38,130 nucleotides of DNA, taken from contig JBLIRP010000030.1 of the NCBI GenBank assembly GCA_049472355.1, forward strand, positions 1 to 38,130, in the 5' to 3' direction. The notes below the pieces were generated by a model. It had not been told where the DNA came from, ran no database searches, and saw only the letters and a program-made list of their open reading frames with translations. Origin of the DNA: a bacterium. Its GTDB lineage: Bacteria > SZUA-182 > DTGQ01 > JAFGSM01. The position numbers were made by a program, and so were the translations under genes. Of the stretch, positions 1-12,300 are shown one piece after another. Numbering within the stretch: position 1 is the first letter of the stretch; the number at the start of each line of letters is the position of its first letter.

Positions 1-3000
1 CCCCTGAGCGGTGGTGCCATCGCCGAAATCCCAGTCAAAGGCAGCCCCTTCATAGTCGCCCCCACCTGAGGCCGAGGCATCAAACCGTACCGTCAGGGGA
101 TAGGCACCTGCGGTCGCATCCGCTGTAAATGTGGCCCGTGGGATATAGGAATTGGTATCAACATATTCATAAGCCCCTATATCCACTTCCGCACCCTGCG
201 GTCTCTGGATCCCTTCCATATCGATCAACGGTGCATTAGTGGTGTCTCCCGTGTCAATACAGGGTGAGTTGGGGTTAAGATAATAGTTTTCATCCTCGCT
301 CCCCACAAACAAGGGGTCCCCATTGATATTCCCCTCCCCTGCATAGCCTCCCCGGATGATGGAATGGGTCACCGCAAGGTTGTCAGGATAGATTTCCCCG
401 GGCAGGTTATTCCAGAGGATACAATTTCTTAGCGTTGGAAAGGGCTGATAGTCGCACCATATCCCACCGTAACTTCCACCGACATTTCCGGTTATCGTGG
501 TGTTGAGGATAAGGGGTGAAGAGCTGATACAATAGATTCCGCCACTGCTTCCGCCCCTGTTTCCGCTGACTATGGTATTGGTTATGAGCGCTGAAGAGCA
601 ATAACAGTAAATGCCGCCGCCGTGACTGGTAGCCGCATTCCTTGCGATGGTGCATCGGGTGATGACCGGTGAGGAAAAGGAGCAATGGATACCGCCCCCA
701 TTGGCTGCGGAACCGTTTTGCAGGGTAAACCCCTCCAGAACAGAGGATGCCCCTTCATAGGTATTAAAGGTAACGACACTCCCCTGTGCACCTCCGTCAA
801 TAATGGTTTTGGCTGAGCCGTTTTCTGACCGGAGGACTATTCCCTTACCCTTGAAATTGATGTTCCCGGGATAGGTCCCGTCATGGACCAGGATGTATTC
901 CCCGTCTGCCGCATCATCAATAGCACCCTGAATGGAATCATACTCGTATCCCTCTCCGACCTCCCGGGTCGGTGAAGTTGAGCCGACTTTGATACAATTC
1001 GATAGCGTCAGCGTATGTGAGCCGCACTCGGTGGTGATGGTCAGGCGCACATCATAGAAGCCATAGCTGTCATACGTATGAGAGGTACTCATGCCGGTTG
1101 CGCTGTTTCCATCCCCGAAATCCCATTCAAACTCCACCCCAGGATATATACTCCCCCCCGAGGATGATGCATCAAACGCAACCGCAAGTGGGGCGTTTCC
1201 TGCCGTCGTATCGGCGACGAATAATGCCCTCGGTGTACACGAATCGGGAGCAACGTATTCATACGCACCCATGTCCACCCCGTCACCCTGCGACCTTGGT
1301 ATCCCTTCCCTGTCAATAGGCGGGGCATTAGGATCACCGCTGTCCATGCAGGGAGAATTGGGATTCAGGTAGTAGTTCCCGATCCCAGCCTGCATAAATA
1401 GCGGATCCGCATTGATATTACCCTCTCCGGTATATCCGCCCCGGATGTCGGAATAGGTAACACTGGAATATGAACCTGAGATCTCAGATGGCGGATTGTT
1501 CCAAATGATACTATTGCTGATAATCGTTCCGGAATTACTGTAGATCCCTCCATAATTGTATATTGCCTGATTTTTAACGATGGTACAGCTCACGATATTC
1601 ATAGATCCATAGCAGCAAATTCCTCCGAAGTGCTGGGCCTTGTTGTTAGAGACAACACAATTTATTACATTCGATGATGGGGCATAATTATTATATATAC
1701 CACCTCCATAGGATAAGGCGATATTTTCCTGAATCGTGCACTGGTTTATATGAACCGGACTCCCGGAAAACCAAATTCCGCCCCCATAGTTTGCCCTGTT
1801 ATTCCTGATAATACAGTTATCGATTGGCAGCTCTATACTATTACAATATATCGCCCCCCCGTAATTGGTGGCCCGGTTGCCATTGATGGCGCAATTAGTT
1901 ATATGGGATGGGGAAGCGGCCTGCTGATACCTATTGTTACAGTAGATACCGCCGCCGTTAGCAGAGGCATTCCCGGTGATGGCACAGTTGCTGATCCCCG
2001 GGGATGAGTAACTACAGAGAATTCCCCCCCTTCCATTCCCTGAGATGGTACAGCCGTCGATATCCGGCAGGGAATATTCCGCATAGATCCCGGATCCCCC
2101 GTTTTTTTCGATGGTGCAACTGGAGATAACGGGGGTGGAATCCTTGCTGAACCTTACCCCGTCACCCACGTTTCCGGTTATGGTGCATTGATCGACACTC
2201 AAACCGGTCCCTTCGCCATTGATCCCGTTTGCACTATTTTCCTGAATGGTGCACCCTGTGATGCCAAGCGGGGATTTGATACTCGATATCCCGTGGCCCT
2301 CGTTCCGGGTAATGATGCAGGTATCGATTGTGGACGGGGCATTGGAATCGCTGTAAATCCCTATTCCCTCATTATCATTGATAGAACATTGCGTGATATT
2401 CGGCGGTGAGGTCCCGGTGATCCAGATACCGGCGCCGTTATTGGCGAGTACCGAGCAGCCGGAAATGGTCCGTGCGGATGAGGCATCCTTGTAATAGATA
2501 CCATATACGGCATTGTCTTGTATGGTACAATCGGTGATGATAGGTGAGGCGTTGACGCTGCATATGCCATAATCATTCGTGTTTGGGGAATTCGCCGTAT
2601 TTGCCCGGATGATGCACTGTGTTATGCTGGGTTCGGAGCCATCCCCGCAAAAGATTCCGCCACCGGTGTTTTCGCTGATCGTGCACTGGGTGATATCAGG
2701 CGATGAGCCGGTACAATAGATACCGCCCCCATACGATCCCGCGGTATTTTTGCTCAAAATGCATTGGTAGATACGGGGAGAGGCATCCTGACAAAAGATG
2801 CCGCCCCCATAAAGACCTACCGAATTTACTGTGATTGTGCAATGGGTTATTTGAGGGGATGAGGTGCGGCAAAAGACACCACCTGCCCCATTTCTCAGGG
2901 TGAAACCTGACACCACCGTGTTGCCATCCTCTCCCTCAATGAAACTGACGACCGGTCCCTCTGCTCCCCCGTCTACTATTGTCATATCCACAACATCGGG

Positions 3001-3258
3001 ATCATTCGGATCCTTCGATCTCACGGTGATAGCCTTGCCCACAAGATCGATGTTCTCATTGTAAACACCCTCACACACGATGATTACGTCTCCGGATACC
3101 GCGGCAAAAATGGCCGGCTGAATCCTCGTGTAGCAGGGATTCCCGTTAGGGTCGATGCCGTCCGGGCACACCCACCGGGTCGCTGCCCGTGCATGCGACG
3201 CACAAATGAAACATACCGCCAATAGAACCACCCAAAACACCCTCAAAAACCTTCTCAT
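1..3258 (-). CDS. Large secreted right-handed parallel beta-helix repeat protein with choice-of-anchor-Q-like and PKD domains (3' end beyond the window)
   Basis: Absent from the ORF track because it has no stop in the window. I translated it by hand from ATG 3258 (purine-rich GAGGAGGGGGGAG SD upstream), and it is open to base 1. It begins with signal peptide MRRFLRVFWVVLLAVCFICASHARA, followed by many GGGIxC..SP.I..C.I..N beta-helix coils. There are two SPC(I/M)DxG...D(M/I)GAYE motifs, each followed by a PKD WDFGDG motif (~1110-1125 and ~16-33). Confidence 0.9.
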   Translation of the reverse strand, partial: MRRFLRVFWVVLLAVCFICASHARAATRWVCPDGIDPNGNPCYTRIQPAIFAAVSGDVIIVCEGVYNENIDLVGKAITVRSKDPNDPDVVDMTIVDGGAEGPVVSFIEGEDGNTVVSGFTLRNGAGGVFCRTSSPQITHCTITVNSVGLYGGGIFCQDASPRIYQCILSKNTAGSYGGGIYCTGSSPDITQCTISENTGGGIFCGDGSEPSITQCIIRANTANSPNTNDYGICSVNASPIITDCTIQDNAVYGIYYKDASSARTISGCSVLANNGAGIWITGTSPPNITQCSINDNEGIGIYSDSNAPSTIDTCIITRNEGHGISSIKSPLGITGCTIQENSANGINGEGTGLSVDQCTITGNVGDGVRFSKDSTPVISSCTIEKNGGSGIYAEYSLPDIDGCTISGNGRGGILCSYSSPGISNCAITGNASANGGGIYCNNRYQQAASPSHITNCAINGNRATNYGGAIYCNSIELPIDNCIIRNNRANYGGGIWFSGSPVHINQCTIQENIALSYGGGIYNNYAPSSNVINCVVSNNKAQHFGGICCYGSMNIVSCTIVKNQAIYNYGGIYSNSGTIISNSIIWNNPPSEISGSYSSVTYSDIRGGYTGEGNINADPLFMQAGIGNYYLNPNSPCMDSGDPNAPPIDREGIPRSQGDGVDMGAYEYVAPDSCTPRALFVADTTAGNAPLAVAFDASSSGGSIYPGVEFEWDFGDGNSATGMSTSHTYDSYGFYDVRLTITTECGSHTLTLSNCIKVGSTSPTREVGEGYEYDSIQGAIDDAADGEYILVHDGTYPGNINFKGKGIVLRSENGSAKTIIDGGAQGSVVTFNTYEGASSVLEGFTLQNGSAANGGGIHCSFSSPVITRCTIARNAATSHGGGIYCYCSSALITNTIVSGNRGGSSGGIYCISSSPLILNTTITGNVGGSYGGIWCDYQPFPTLRNCILWNNLPGEIYPDNLAVTHSIIRGGYAGEGNINGDPLFVGSEDENYYLNPNSPCIDTGDTTNAPLIDMEGIQRPQGAEVDIGAYEYVDTNSYIPRATFTADATAGAYPLTVRFDASASGGGDYEGAAFDWDFGDGTTAQG

Positions 3259-3329
3259 GACTCCCCCCTCCTCTCTGTAACCGTTGGATTGAAATTTTAG
3301 ACACACTCCAAGTTGACCATCGTCGTCTT

Positions 3330-3526
3330 CTTTTCATACTCAATAGACAACCAAAGAAGAGAAATCTTTCACCTTGAAAATTTTCTCCTATGATTTTCAT
3401 ATTCCCTTGTGGGCGGAAGGCCCATGAATGTTTCACCTTGAAAATCCCTATGGGCCAAAAATCCCTACGGGCCATTTTCATGTGCCTGTGTGCGCCGAAG
3501 GCTCATGTGCCTTTCACCTTGAAAAT
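3330..3526. repeat. Three ~53-bp palindromic-ended repeat units (REP/MITE-like)
   Basis: TTTCACCTTGAAAAT occurs at 3367, 3431 and 3512. Units 3393-3445 and 3474-3526 are each 53 bp, begin ATTTTCA, end TGAAAAT and carry an internal GC hairpin. A degenerate unit lies at 3330-3381. Confidence 0.75.
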
Positions 3527-3825
3527 CCCTGGGGAAAAATCACCGGTAATATATCGCTGATAGATACATGAAATGCTGGGTTATGCGATCGCGGTAAGCC
3601 TCGCCATGGAAAGGGGTGGTGGATATTCCCCTGGCAAAGCGGCATTGATATGCACAGTCAAAGGCTATTGCTCGAAGGCAATCCCGCTGCCGGGACGGAA
3701 GCGGAGAGGTTCCCTTCATGGTGTGGGGCCGGTGGTTATCTATTCTGTGAGGTAAAGATAAAGGAATACGGTGAACCCATTAGAAAGGTTGCAGCACAAC
3801 CGGGGCCATAGGTAGGAGAGAGGCA

Positions 3826-5211
3826 TCAGAAATAGAAAATCATGGAAGTATACAGATAATGCTGTGTAACATGTGATGAAATTTCCTCCCCAAGCATGCT
3901 TTCCACGTTTTTCTTTTCTCCGAATCGGTGTTGATAGGCAACATCAAAGGCGAAATTCTTATACTTTATGCCACTGCCCATACTCACCCCATAGAAATCG
4001 TCAACATTTCCTCTCGCAGGCTCAGGATCATAAAAAAAGCCCATTCTGACGGGAATGACAGTGTTTGCCCTGAATCTTAAATATTCGGCACCGATTCGAA
4101 TTTGGGTGGTGTTTTCGATATTGGCCTCAGACTTCATTTCCTTGTTGATAGGGCTTACTTCATCCCCTGAGGGGTAGACCAATGTGTATTGATCCCAGTG
4201 GGTACGATATATATCCAGTGAGGTGGAAAAACTATCTGAAAAATCTACAGAAATTCCCAGTCCATATGAAAGAGGCATTTTCAATGTAAGATCTTCTTGC
4301 ACAGTGGACTCTTGGTGAGTATTCAGATTTGGGTTTCCTGGGTATTGCTCATGGAAAATCCTGCGCTTTTCATGCTGGATATCCGCCTTGAAGGGGGTCT
4401 TAACAACTCCTCCGATACGAAAACGCCTCTCTGCACCCCAAAGCATATGATATCCGGAGGTGAAGAGAAAACCGAGGTTCATATTGAAGCCAGAAAAAAC
4501 GTATCGTTCATATACTTCGCTATGACTTATTTTTTCACTTCCCAGGTCAATTCCTTGGGCATCCTGAATATTCAGATTTTCCCATCCAGTGTCCAGGATA
4601 TCATGGTCCCAAAAATTAAATGTCAGACCAATGGAAAATGATGGCACTATCTGGAGAGCAAGCGCAGGGGAGATGGCATAGAGAGAACCCCTTTGATATT
4701 CATAATCGTTGTGGGAAACATCAACTAAAGCCATTGAATCCTGTTCCCTCCAGGCAGTCTGATTCTCCAGGGAAAACTCGTAAAGATGCTGATAATTGAT
4801 TGAAAAGACAATATTACGCTGAAGAAACATACAAGGGAATACAGCACTGAGATAATTTAGGTGAACAATATCCAGAGGGTGATCTTCAATATCCCCCTCC
4901 ATGCCTCCGGTTTGATAATTATTTCTGCCTGAATAATAAGAGCCAACGATTGAAAATTCCGGCCTTTTAAGACGGAGCAATGCCGAGGGATTCCAGGAAG
5001 CAGCAGTTGCATCATCAGCAACACTGATAAAGGCCCCTCCGATACCTAATGCCCGGGCGCCAGACCCTACCGGGTTAGGCGTTGCCGTCATATCCATATC
5101 AGGATAATCCGCATGAACAATCCCGTTCACAGCGGGATACACAAAATATATAGGCCTCGTCAGGATCAAGCTTATGAAAATCAACATGTATTTTTTAAAA
5201 ACGGGTTTCAA
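3826..5211 (-). CDS. OmpP1/FadL/TodX-family outer-membrane beta-barrel protein
   Basis: N-terminal GSGARALGIGGAFISVADDATAASWNPSAL plug motif, alternating beta-strand pattern and C-terminal Phe (IFYF). The start is uncertain: TTG 5211 has a GGGGAG SD and gives a K-rich n-region; ATG 5235 and 5187 are alternatives. Confidence 0.85.
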   Translation of the reverse strand: MKPVFKKYMLIFISLILTRPIYFVYPAVNGIVHADYPDMDMTATPNPVGSGARALGIGGAFISVADDATAASWNPSALLRLKRPEFSIVGSYYSGRNNYQTGGMEGDIEDHPLDIVHLNYLSAVFPCMFLQRNIVFSINYQHLYEFSLENQTAWREQDSMALVDVSHNDYEYQRGSLYAISPALALQIVPSFSIGLTFNFWDHDILDTGWENLNIQDAQGIDLGSEKISHSEVYERYVFSGFNMNLGFLFTSGYHMLWGAERRFRIGGVVKTPFKADIQHEKRRIFHEQYPGNPNLNTHQESTVQEDLTLKMPLSYGLGISVDFSDSFSTSLDIYRTHWDQYTLVYPSGDEVSPINKEMKSEANIENTTQIRIGAEYLRFRANTVIPVRMGFFYDPEPARGNVDDFYGVSMGSGIKYKNFAFDVAYQHRFGEKKNVESMLGEEISSHVTQHYLYTSMIFYF

Positions 5212-5212
5212 A

Positions 5213-6316
5213 TCACTCCCCACGACGTATGGCATCTATGAAGCAACCCTGCCTTTGCATGTGAACATCGAGCCCATAGGGATAGGAAAACGACATGATC
5301 GCAGCTATCGTCCCATTTGATTGACCATCAGAATCCCCTTTATCCCCATCTGTTAAAGGAACCATGACCTGTTCTCCATCGAGAATCTCAAAATCCGTTT
5401 CTTGCCAAGTATTGGTGCCTTGATAGGTATAAAAGCGGGCGGAAGGATATACCGTATCCGGCAAGCATAAAAAAATGCTAACGTGCTCATATGATCCGAT
5501 GCCCTCTACCTTAAAGCTCAAGGGGCTGTAAGGCATGTAATGATCCGTCATCAATAATGATGGAATGCCTGCTGTGTTTGGGTCTAAAAAAACCACTTCC
5601 CGAAAATATGGATTGACGTCCTCTAATGGAGCGATTTGCAGGATAATATTTTTCCGGAAAAGGGGATTGGGATCGTAACTCGCAAGAGGCATGCACACAA
5701 TCGCCTGATCTAAAAAGGCATCGCCCTCATCCTCATCACTCACACCATCCCCATCAGTATCTTTATCATCTATGCTGACATAGAGTGCATCAAAGAGAAT
5801 GGATGCATCGGCAGTACCAGTCCCCCTCAAGATTATTTGATTCTCTTCGAGAGATCCATTTCTTATATACCCCAGAGAAAAGGAATACATGGGGAAAGGG
5901 CGATACTCTATCCGTTGTGAACCAATAAAAAGATCATTCACCCCTTTAAAGATTTCCAAGTAGCATGTAATGTTGGGATCAGGTGAATGCACGGAACTCA
6001 TGACTGTCAGAGTGGGATTGCCGTAATCATGAGGATAGCAGAAATTAATCCTTACTTCTTGCGGCCTATTATTATCACAGCATGTATAAAGGGCACAAGG
6101 GAATCCTACCCAGTTGGGATCATGTTGTTCTATCAATGTACCCCAATCGGAAGGTACTTGATATTCTATTATCCCTTTTTGTATATCAAAAAATTCTCCG
6201 AAAGAGCCATCCACATTCCCTATTTGCCAAATGTATGTCATGGCCTGCGCTGGAGGAAAAACAGACAGTATGAAAAACAAGAGAAGGCAATAGCTGAGTG
6301 TCAACCGGTCTTTCAC
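5213..6316 (-). CDS. Secreted protein: CBM-like (PL4 domain III-like) N-terminus, Ca-binding acidic motif, choice-of-anchor-U-like domain, GCFI C-terminal motif
   Basis: Signal peptide ending AQA; WQIGNVDGSFGEF...ILFDAL resembles rhamnogalacturonan lyase domain III; DKDTDGDGVSDEDE; LTDGDKGDSDGQSNGTI; ends QGCFIDAIRRGE. Overlaps the upstream gene by 4 nt (ATGA). Confidence 0.65.
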   Translation of the reverse strand: MKDRLTLSYCLLLFFILSVFPPAQAMTYIWQIGNVDGSFGEFFDIQKGIIEYQVPSDWGTLIEQHDPNWVGFPCALYTCCDNNRPQEVRINFCYPHDYGNPTLTVMSSVHSPDPNITCYLEIFKGVNDLFIGSQRIEYRPFPMYSFSLGYIRNGSLEENQIILRGTGTADASILFDALYVSIDDKDTDGDGVSDEDEGDAFLDQAIVCMPLASYDPNPLFRKNIILQIAPLEDVNPYFREVVFLDPNTAGIPSLLMTDHYMPYSPLSFKVEGIGSYEHVSIFLCLPDTVYPSARFYTYQGTNTWQETDFEILDGEQVMVPLTDGDKGDSDGQSNGTIAAIMSFSYPYGLDVHMQRQGCFIDAIRRGE

Positions 6317-9300
6317 TGAGCACTGCCTTTTTTTCTATTAACGATGTAGACCTCATATGGTTTCAATCCATGATTTACCCCTGCAGGCCTTTCAAAAAAC
6401 CGGTAACTTGTTTCCCATGTTCCCCTCTCATTGTTTCTCATTCTAATCGATTCGATTTCCCAAAGATCGGGTTTTACAAGAATATCCAAAGAAGACGTAT
6501 CGGTAAAGAAATGGTTGAGATCAAAAAGCCGGGTTTCCATATAGTTAGGATCAAAGGTCTTATCCTTTGAATAACCGGACTTCAAGAACCCTTTAAGAGA
6601 CAGGATAGGATTATTCAGTTCAGTAAGGTCAAGAGATAATGTTCCCTTTCCAGAGGCATAAATGGCATTGAACGTATTCGACTTCATATGTTCAGAAGAT
6701 AGGTAAGGAGCTACCCAGGTCCCTGAGTCTGGGTCAAACCAAAGAACCTGATAGGAGATGTACCTGTTCGATATAATATTGGGCATCTCAACAATGGATG
6801 GGAGATAGAAAAGGTTTATTCCTTTGTTTAACGGTGCGGTAACAGTCGGATAAATAGGTGAGCTCTGAAAGAAAAGCACCTCATCCAGGTTACTGATTTG
6901 ATCCCCGTCAAAATCCCCGTTCGGCGAAAAATCCTGAGATGTATTCAGTGAAAGCCAAGGATGGTTCGCATCCCCTTGATACTGGGGATGACCGATTATA
7001 TCTTGATAATGTTCTATTTCCTCCATATATGACGTATCCTCAAGCATAAGCGGAATGGTATTCGTATCAAACATGCAATTCGAATCACTTAGATCCATTG
7101 TGATCTTGTTGAGTGAATCAGGAATAAGTTTGGCAGTGGTTTCAATCGGATCGCCTAAAAAATCTGTCCCTTCAAATATCTGAATAAGGAGATTCTCATA
7201 CTCGGTCCGTCCATTAAATTTATAGTAATAACGGTCAGGGGATGCAAACCGGTAATTGTTGGGATAGACAAAGTCAATCCCTCCAACCCGTTGGCATCGA
7301 ACCCCGGGGACCCTGTCTGCCGCGGGATCAATTACCTCAACAAGTAAGGTGGTATGCTTTTCCGCCTGAGGATCCAGGATACCTATGATATACTCTACCC
7401 CTTCGGGAGGATAGGTGGATGCCAGGGTAACGTTAAGCAGGTAATAACCGCTCGCCTTACATGAAAAGGCAAGATAGTTGTTGGCAACAAGATACTGGCC
7501 ATTTTCATGCATGACCCTTTCATTGGGATCAGAAAAAAGGGCAAGCTGGATGAAGTAGCCGTATTCGGAGAGATCCTGGGAATAAATTTCATAGACATGG
7601 CCTTCCAGTCCATAAAAATAGATCCAGTCCGTATATTCATGGTAGAAGGTATGCCTTATTGGTGGGGCATTGACAAAAATCTCATGCCGGGAGTCAAACA
7701 GGATATCGCCTGGATCATCATCCGGCTCGTACGGATCATCAATGATATTTGTCTCTATCCGGGCAATAGTCCTTTCCATCCATTCAGTCCATGTTTTCTC
7801 CATGTCTTCTTTGAGGCTGCCTTCCACCATAAAATAGATATTGTAATATTGATCCCCGGAGCACGCTGAAGCTGTAAGGATTAGGCCGGAATCACTAATT
7901 TGCACTGTGTTGGGATCAAAATCAACAATGAGGCTTTTCTGAAGGGAGCAGGAGGGCGAGGAGAGAATGGCCCATGCCCGGTCGATGATGGCATCAGGAT
8001 TAACAGCAAGTGAAAGCTGGTAATGTATTTCTCCAGGTATCCTTTCGGCCTTGGCTTGGCAGTCAGAGATAAGTGCGTAGTCCTCCCCATGGATGGCAGG
8101 CGTACCAAGGTAATAGTTTAAATAGCGGTTAATCGTCTGATAATTGATGAATTTCCCTTTTGGAAAAAGCCCTGGGTTTTGTCTTGTCAGTGATACTGCA
8201 TTTTGTGCCATGCGGAAGGCCTCGGAAATCGTGGCTCCAGAGAGCACCATTGAGAAAAAGAAGTTGGAAAAGCAGGGGAAATGCTTTCCTTCAAGGGGAA
8301 AGAAGAGATGTTCTTTATCGGTACTTGCCATACCAGACCATCTTTCATCCGTTTGGTATGGATCAAACAGGGATAGAAACTGGCTTGAATATGGGGCATC
8401 CATAAGAATGAGGAGTCGTTGGGCGGGATGCGAGGGGATCATCGCTCGGAGTTCTTGCGGACTAAGGATGATATTGTGATTGAGATAAAACCGAGGGATA
8501 TTATTCTCCTCGATCATGACCGTTCCGATAAGGTAGAGAAAGAGGATTTGCTCCTCGCCAAGGGGAGGAATGGCCGTTAGAATTTGGGAGAACGCTTCAA
8601 GATCCTCAAGATCCTCTCCTGCGATATGGAGGATATCCCCGTTTTGTATACTCAAACCCTTACTCTCAAGGATTGCCTGTGCTCGCATGATTTGCTCATG
8701 GAAATTTTTTCGGACATCTTCCTGCAAAATCTCAGTGGCGCTTGAGATAATCAGGGCCTTTGTTTTGTTCCGGACGGTATCTGCGATACCTGTGTGGTAG
8801 GAGGCAATCTTGGGAAGCGTGCTTTTGTCCTTGGCATAGAGGGTTATGAGGTAGTTGGCCTCACTGGGGCAAGGATCGGGAACGGTGATGGTATAATATC
8901 CACCATAAAGATACGCACTCGGATCTTCAATATTTGGAGAGAGAGGAAGAAAGGTGGCCTCGGTCACAGCCGCTCCATGGGTACTTCTCATGCTGTTTTG
9001 GGCATTTTCCACAATAGCCCAAACCTCCCTTATTCCAGTGAGAGAAAAAACATCAACCATTATATTCAGGGTTCCCAGTCTCCGGTAGGCCTCCACCTCG
9101 CCAAAAACCGGCCTGCTTTCATTGACGTAATAGATGGTGTCCTGATCCCATTGTTCGACAAGGTTTGGACCTGAGACGCAGGGGATTTGGTTTCCGGGAG
9201 GAAGGGATACTTCGGCAAATGTAAAGGCACTGTTGATGCTGTTGGTGAGGCGCCATTCATCAAAAAAGGGATAGGAGAAGGAGACCAGCCCCTGATTGAG

Positions 9301-12300
9301 ATAATAGGCAATTTGGTTGGGATCGGTGCTGGTGATAGCGATGAGCTTTTTGGACAGGCCAGGGTCCTGACGCTGTTCTATCTCTTCAATAAAACTCCCG
9401 GAATAACATGCATCATATAAAAGAAGGATCTTATCCTGGACCTTATCCGCTATGCCGGCAATCTGATCAATCAGATGATGGGCAGACAGTGATTCTTTTG
9501 GATTTAGGGTGAATGTACCTCGGCCTCCATGGTCTACAAGAAAAACAAATAGTTCTTTTATTCCACTAGCGGAGTTCCTGATCCGGGCAAGGGGAGAACA
9601 TCCAAGATATCCGCATGCATTAGGGTCGAACATGCCGTATGTTGGATAACCATCGATTTCATCGAATATCCCATTATCATCGAGGTCTTGGAGAACGTAG
9701 GGATTGTAATAGTGGATTTCATCCTTTGTGTACCCCATTGCACGAAGCGTCTTATAAGCGTGATTGGCAATGGTATTGGTGCTCTCCCAGAGATAATCCC
9801 CTGTGCCTTTATACCCAGCCGCAATTATGGCCATCATCCCAGTAGCAATATCATAGTTTGGGTCATCGACGGATACCTCTATGGTAATATTTGCTGAAAG
9901 GGGCAGGTTTGGATCAGCGTGTGCGATGAGGCTGCAACGGCCATTCTTCCTGGGAGCAACCGAGTATTCAACCGAGTATTGTTCTACGATTTTTTGTATA
10001 TCCTCCTCAGGGACCAGGATGGCATGGTCTGAGGAAAAGAAGGTGATTCCTATATCCTGGGATATGGGCCGGAAGGTGTGATCCAATCTCTCTCCGATGA
10101 GTGTAAGATCGCCGGGAATGGATCTGATAGTAAGGAATTCTACAGGGGTTATCCCGTCTTCTGAGAAATAGAGGCCACAGAATTGGCTCTCAGGTATGGC
10201 CATCTGGGGAACCTGGTTGTTGAAAGGCGGGCCTTCAAGCGCCCAGGTCTCAAGCTCATCTCTTGCAAAGAAGAACGCCTCCTTGAGGGATCCGATAATG
10301 TGTGAAGCGACCATGTCCGGGCTTACCTCAGGGATGGTGTTGGAACCAAGATGGGGGGCAAGCGCATCAATAAAGGAAGTGGTAAAGCAGTTGGGTATTT
10401 CCGGATCTGAAGGTGAAGGTTTGATATAGGAAGCCCCGTTGCCGGTTGCGGTGATTACGGTGATGTCGGGGCCGGTAAGCTCATCGATGAATGTGCCGGA
10501 GGCCGCAGATTCGATGATGACCACTACCTGACGGTTGGTGCCCGGGTGATACATGCCTTCATTATCGGTGTAGCCATGCTGGAACGTATTGATGGCATTC
10601 CTTAGCTCTTGTGCTGTGATGATCTCATCAGACATAATCAAAAAATGGTTTTCTGCAGCCTTGCCAATAAGGTAGATATAGAGGGGGCCTTCATTGGCGA
10701 TGTGATCCTGAGGCCAGGTTTTAATGATATTCTGTAATTCCTCAGAGGTGGGTGTTGAATCATCCACGATAAGTTGATTTGGAATACCGTCATCATCTAT
10801 GTCTTGTGGCGAATCAGGATTAAGGTAATAGAAGTCGCAGGCCATATAATCCTGCTTAACGAATGCATTAACTACATGTTTGGCAAGAGATTGAGTGAGG
10901 TTCCAGCGGGATGTGCTTGAGTCAGACTGGCCGGATGCTTTCAGCCTTGGTCTGGTACGTGTTTGGATGTGCTGTTGAGAAAGTGATTTATAATTGATGT
11001 CCCCACCTGCAGCAAGGATGAGGTTCCCCTTCCCTTTCGGGGAAGGGCCGATATGGATCTTGAATTTTAATAACCCGTTTGTTTTGTCCGCCACATAGGC
11101 ATAGCCATCGGTTACTGTTACTCCTGATGCATAACCGGGTGTATCACAGCAATCCCTGAGCACCGGCCTATATTTGTTCTTTACATCGATCACTGCCAGA
11201 CCACCTGCCCCATCTGCAATATAGGCATAGTCGCCGGATACCGTGACATCCACCATCTCACCGGGAAAGTCGTAGGTCCCAGTAATCACAGGCATATTCG
11301 GATAACGTATATCGATTACCTGCAAGCCGCTTATCTCATCGGCCACATAGGCGTAGTTGCCGGATACTGCAATACCCACTGCATCGACGTAGGCATCGCA
11401 GGTTCCCACGATCACGGGTGTATACGGGTCACCTATATCAATCACCTGGAGACCACTTCTTCCATCTGCCACATAGGCGCAGTCGCCGGATACTACGACA
11501 TCCATTGCACTCCCTGGGGTGTTGCAGGTTCCCGCAATTACAGGCATATTTGGGTCACTTAAATCGATCACCTGCAGGCCGCTTTTCCCGTCTGCCACAT
11601 AGGCGTAGTCGCCGGATACTGCAACATTTACTGCATCACCAGGGGTATTGCAGATCCCTGCGAGCATGGGGTCATTCTTGTTGCCTATGTTGATCACCAG
11701 CAGGCCACTTCTTTGACTTAACCTATCATAAACCGCCAAAAGGACGTAATCATCGAATACGGCAACCCCCTTTGCAAAGCCGTGGCTAGTATAGCTTCCC
11801 ACGAGTAGCGGCCCATTATTACTATCGATGTCAATTACCTGCAGGCCGCTTATCCCATATGCCACATAGGCGTAGTCGCCGGATACTGCAACCCCCTCTG
11901 CGGAACCAGGGCTATCACAACTTCCCACAAGCACTGGCCCATGCTTGTTGCTTATATCGATCACCTGCAGACCGATTCCCCCATCTGTCACATAGGCATA
12001 GTCTCCGAAAATAGTCCCCCCTCGTGCATAACCGGGGGTGGTACACCCTCCAACGATCACTGGCCTATGCTTGTTGCTTATGTCGATCACCAGCAGACCG
12101 CTATCCTCATCTATCACAAAGGCGTAATCATTTGATACCGTGATCCATCCCGCATAACCGAGGGTATCACAGCATCCCACGAGAACAGGATCATTCTTTT
12201 TGGTTATGTCGATTACCTGAAGACCATTCCCTCCATCTGCCACATAGGCATAATCGCCGGATATCGCCACCCCTCCGGCAATCCCGAGGGTATTACAGGT

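Noticed and set aside
3330..3526. Possible mini CRISPR array
   Set aside because: The identical part is only 15 bp, spacing is uneven (64 and 81 bp), the intervening sequences resemble each other, and no cas genes are in the window.
3676..3716. GGCAA...GGGACGGAAGC resembling a c-di-GMP-I riboswitch
   Set aside because: It lacks the GNRA tetraloop/receptor architecture and is on the strand opposite the flanking genes.
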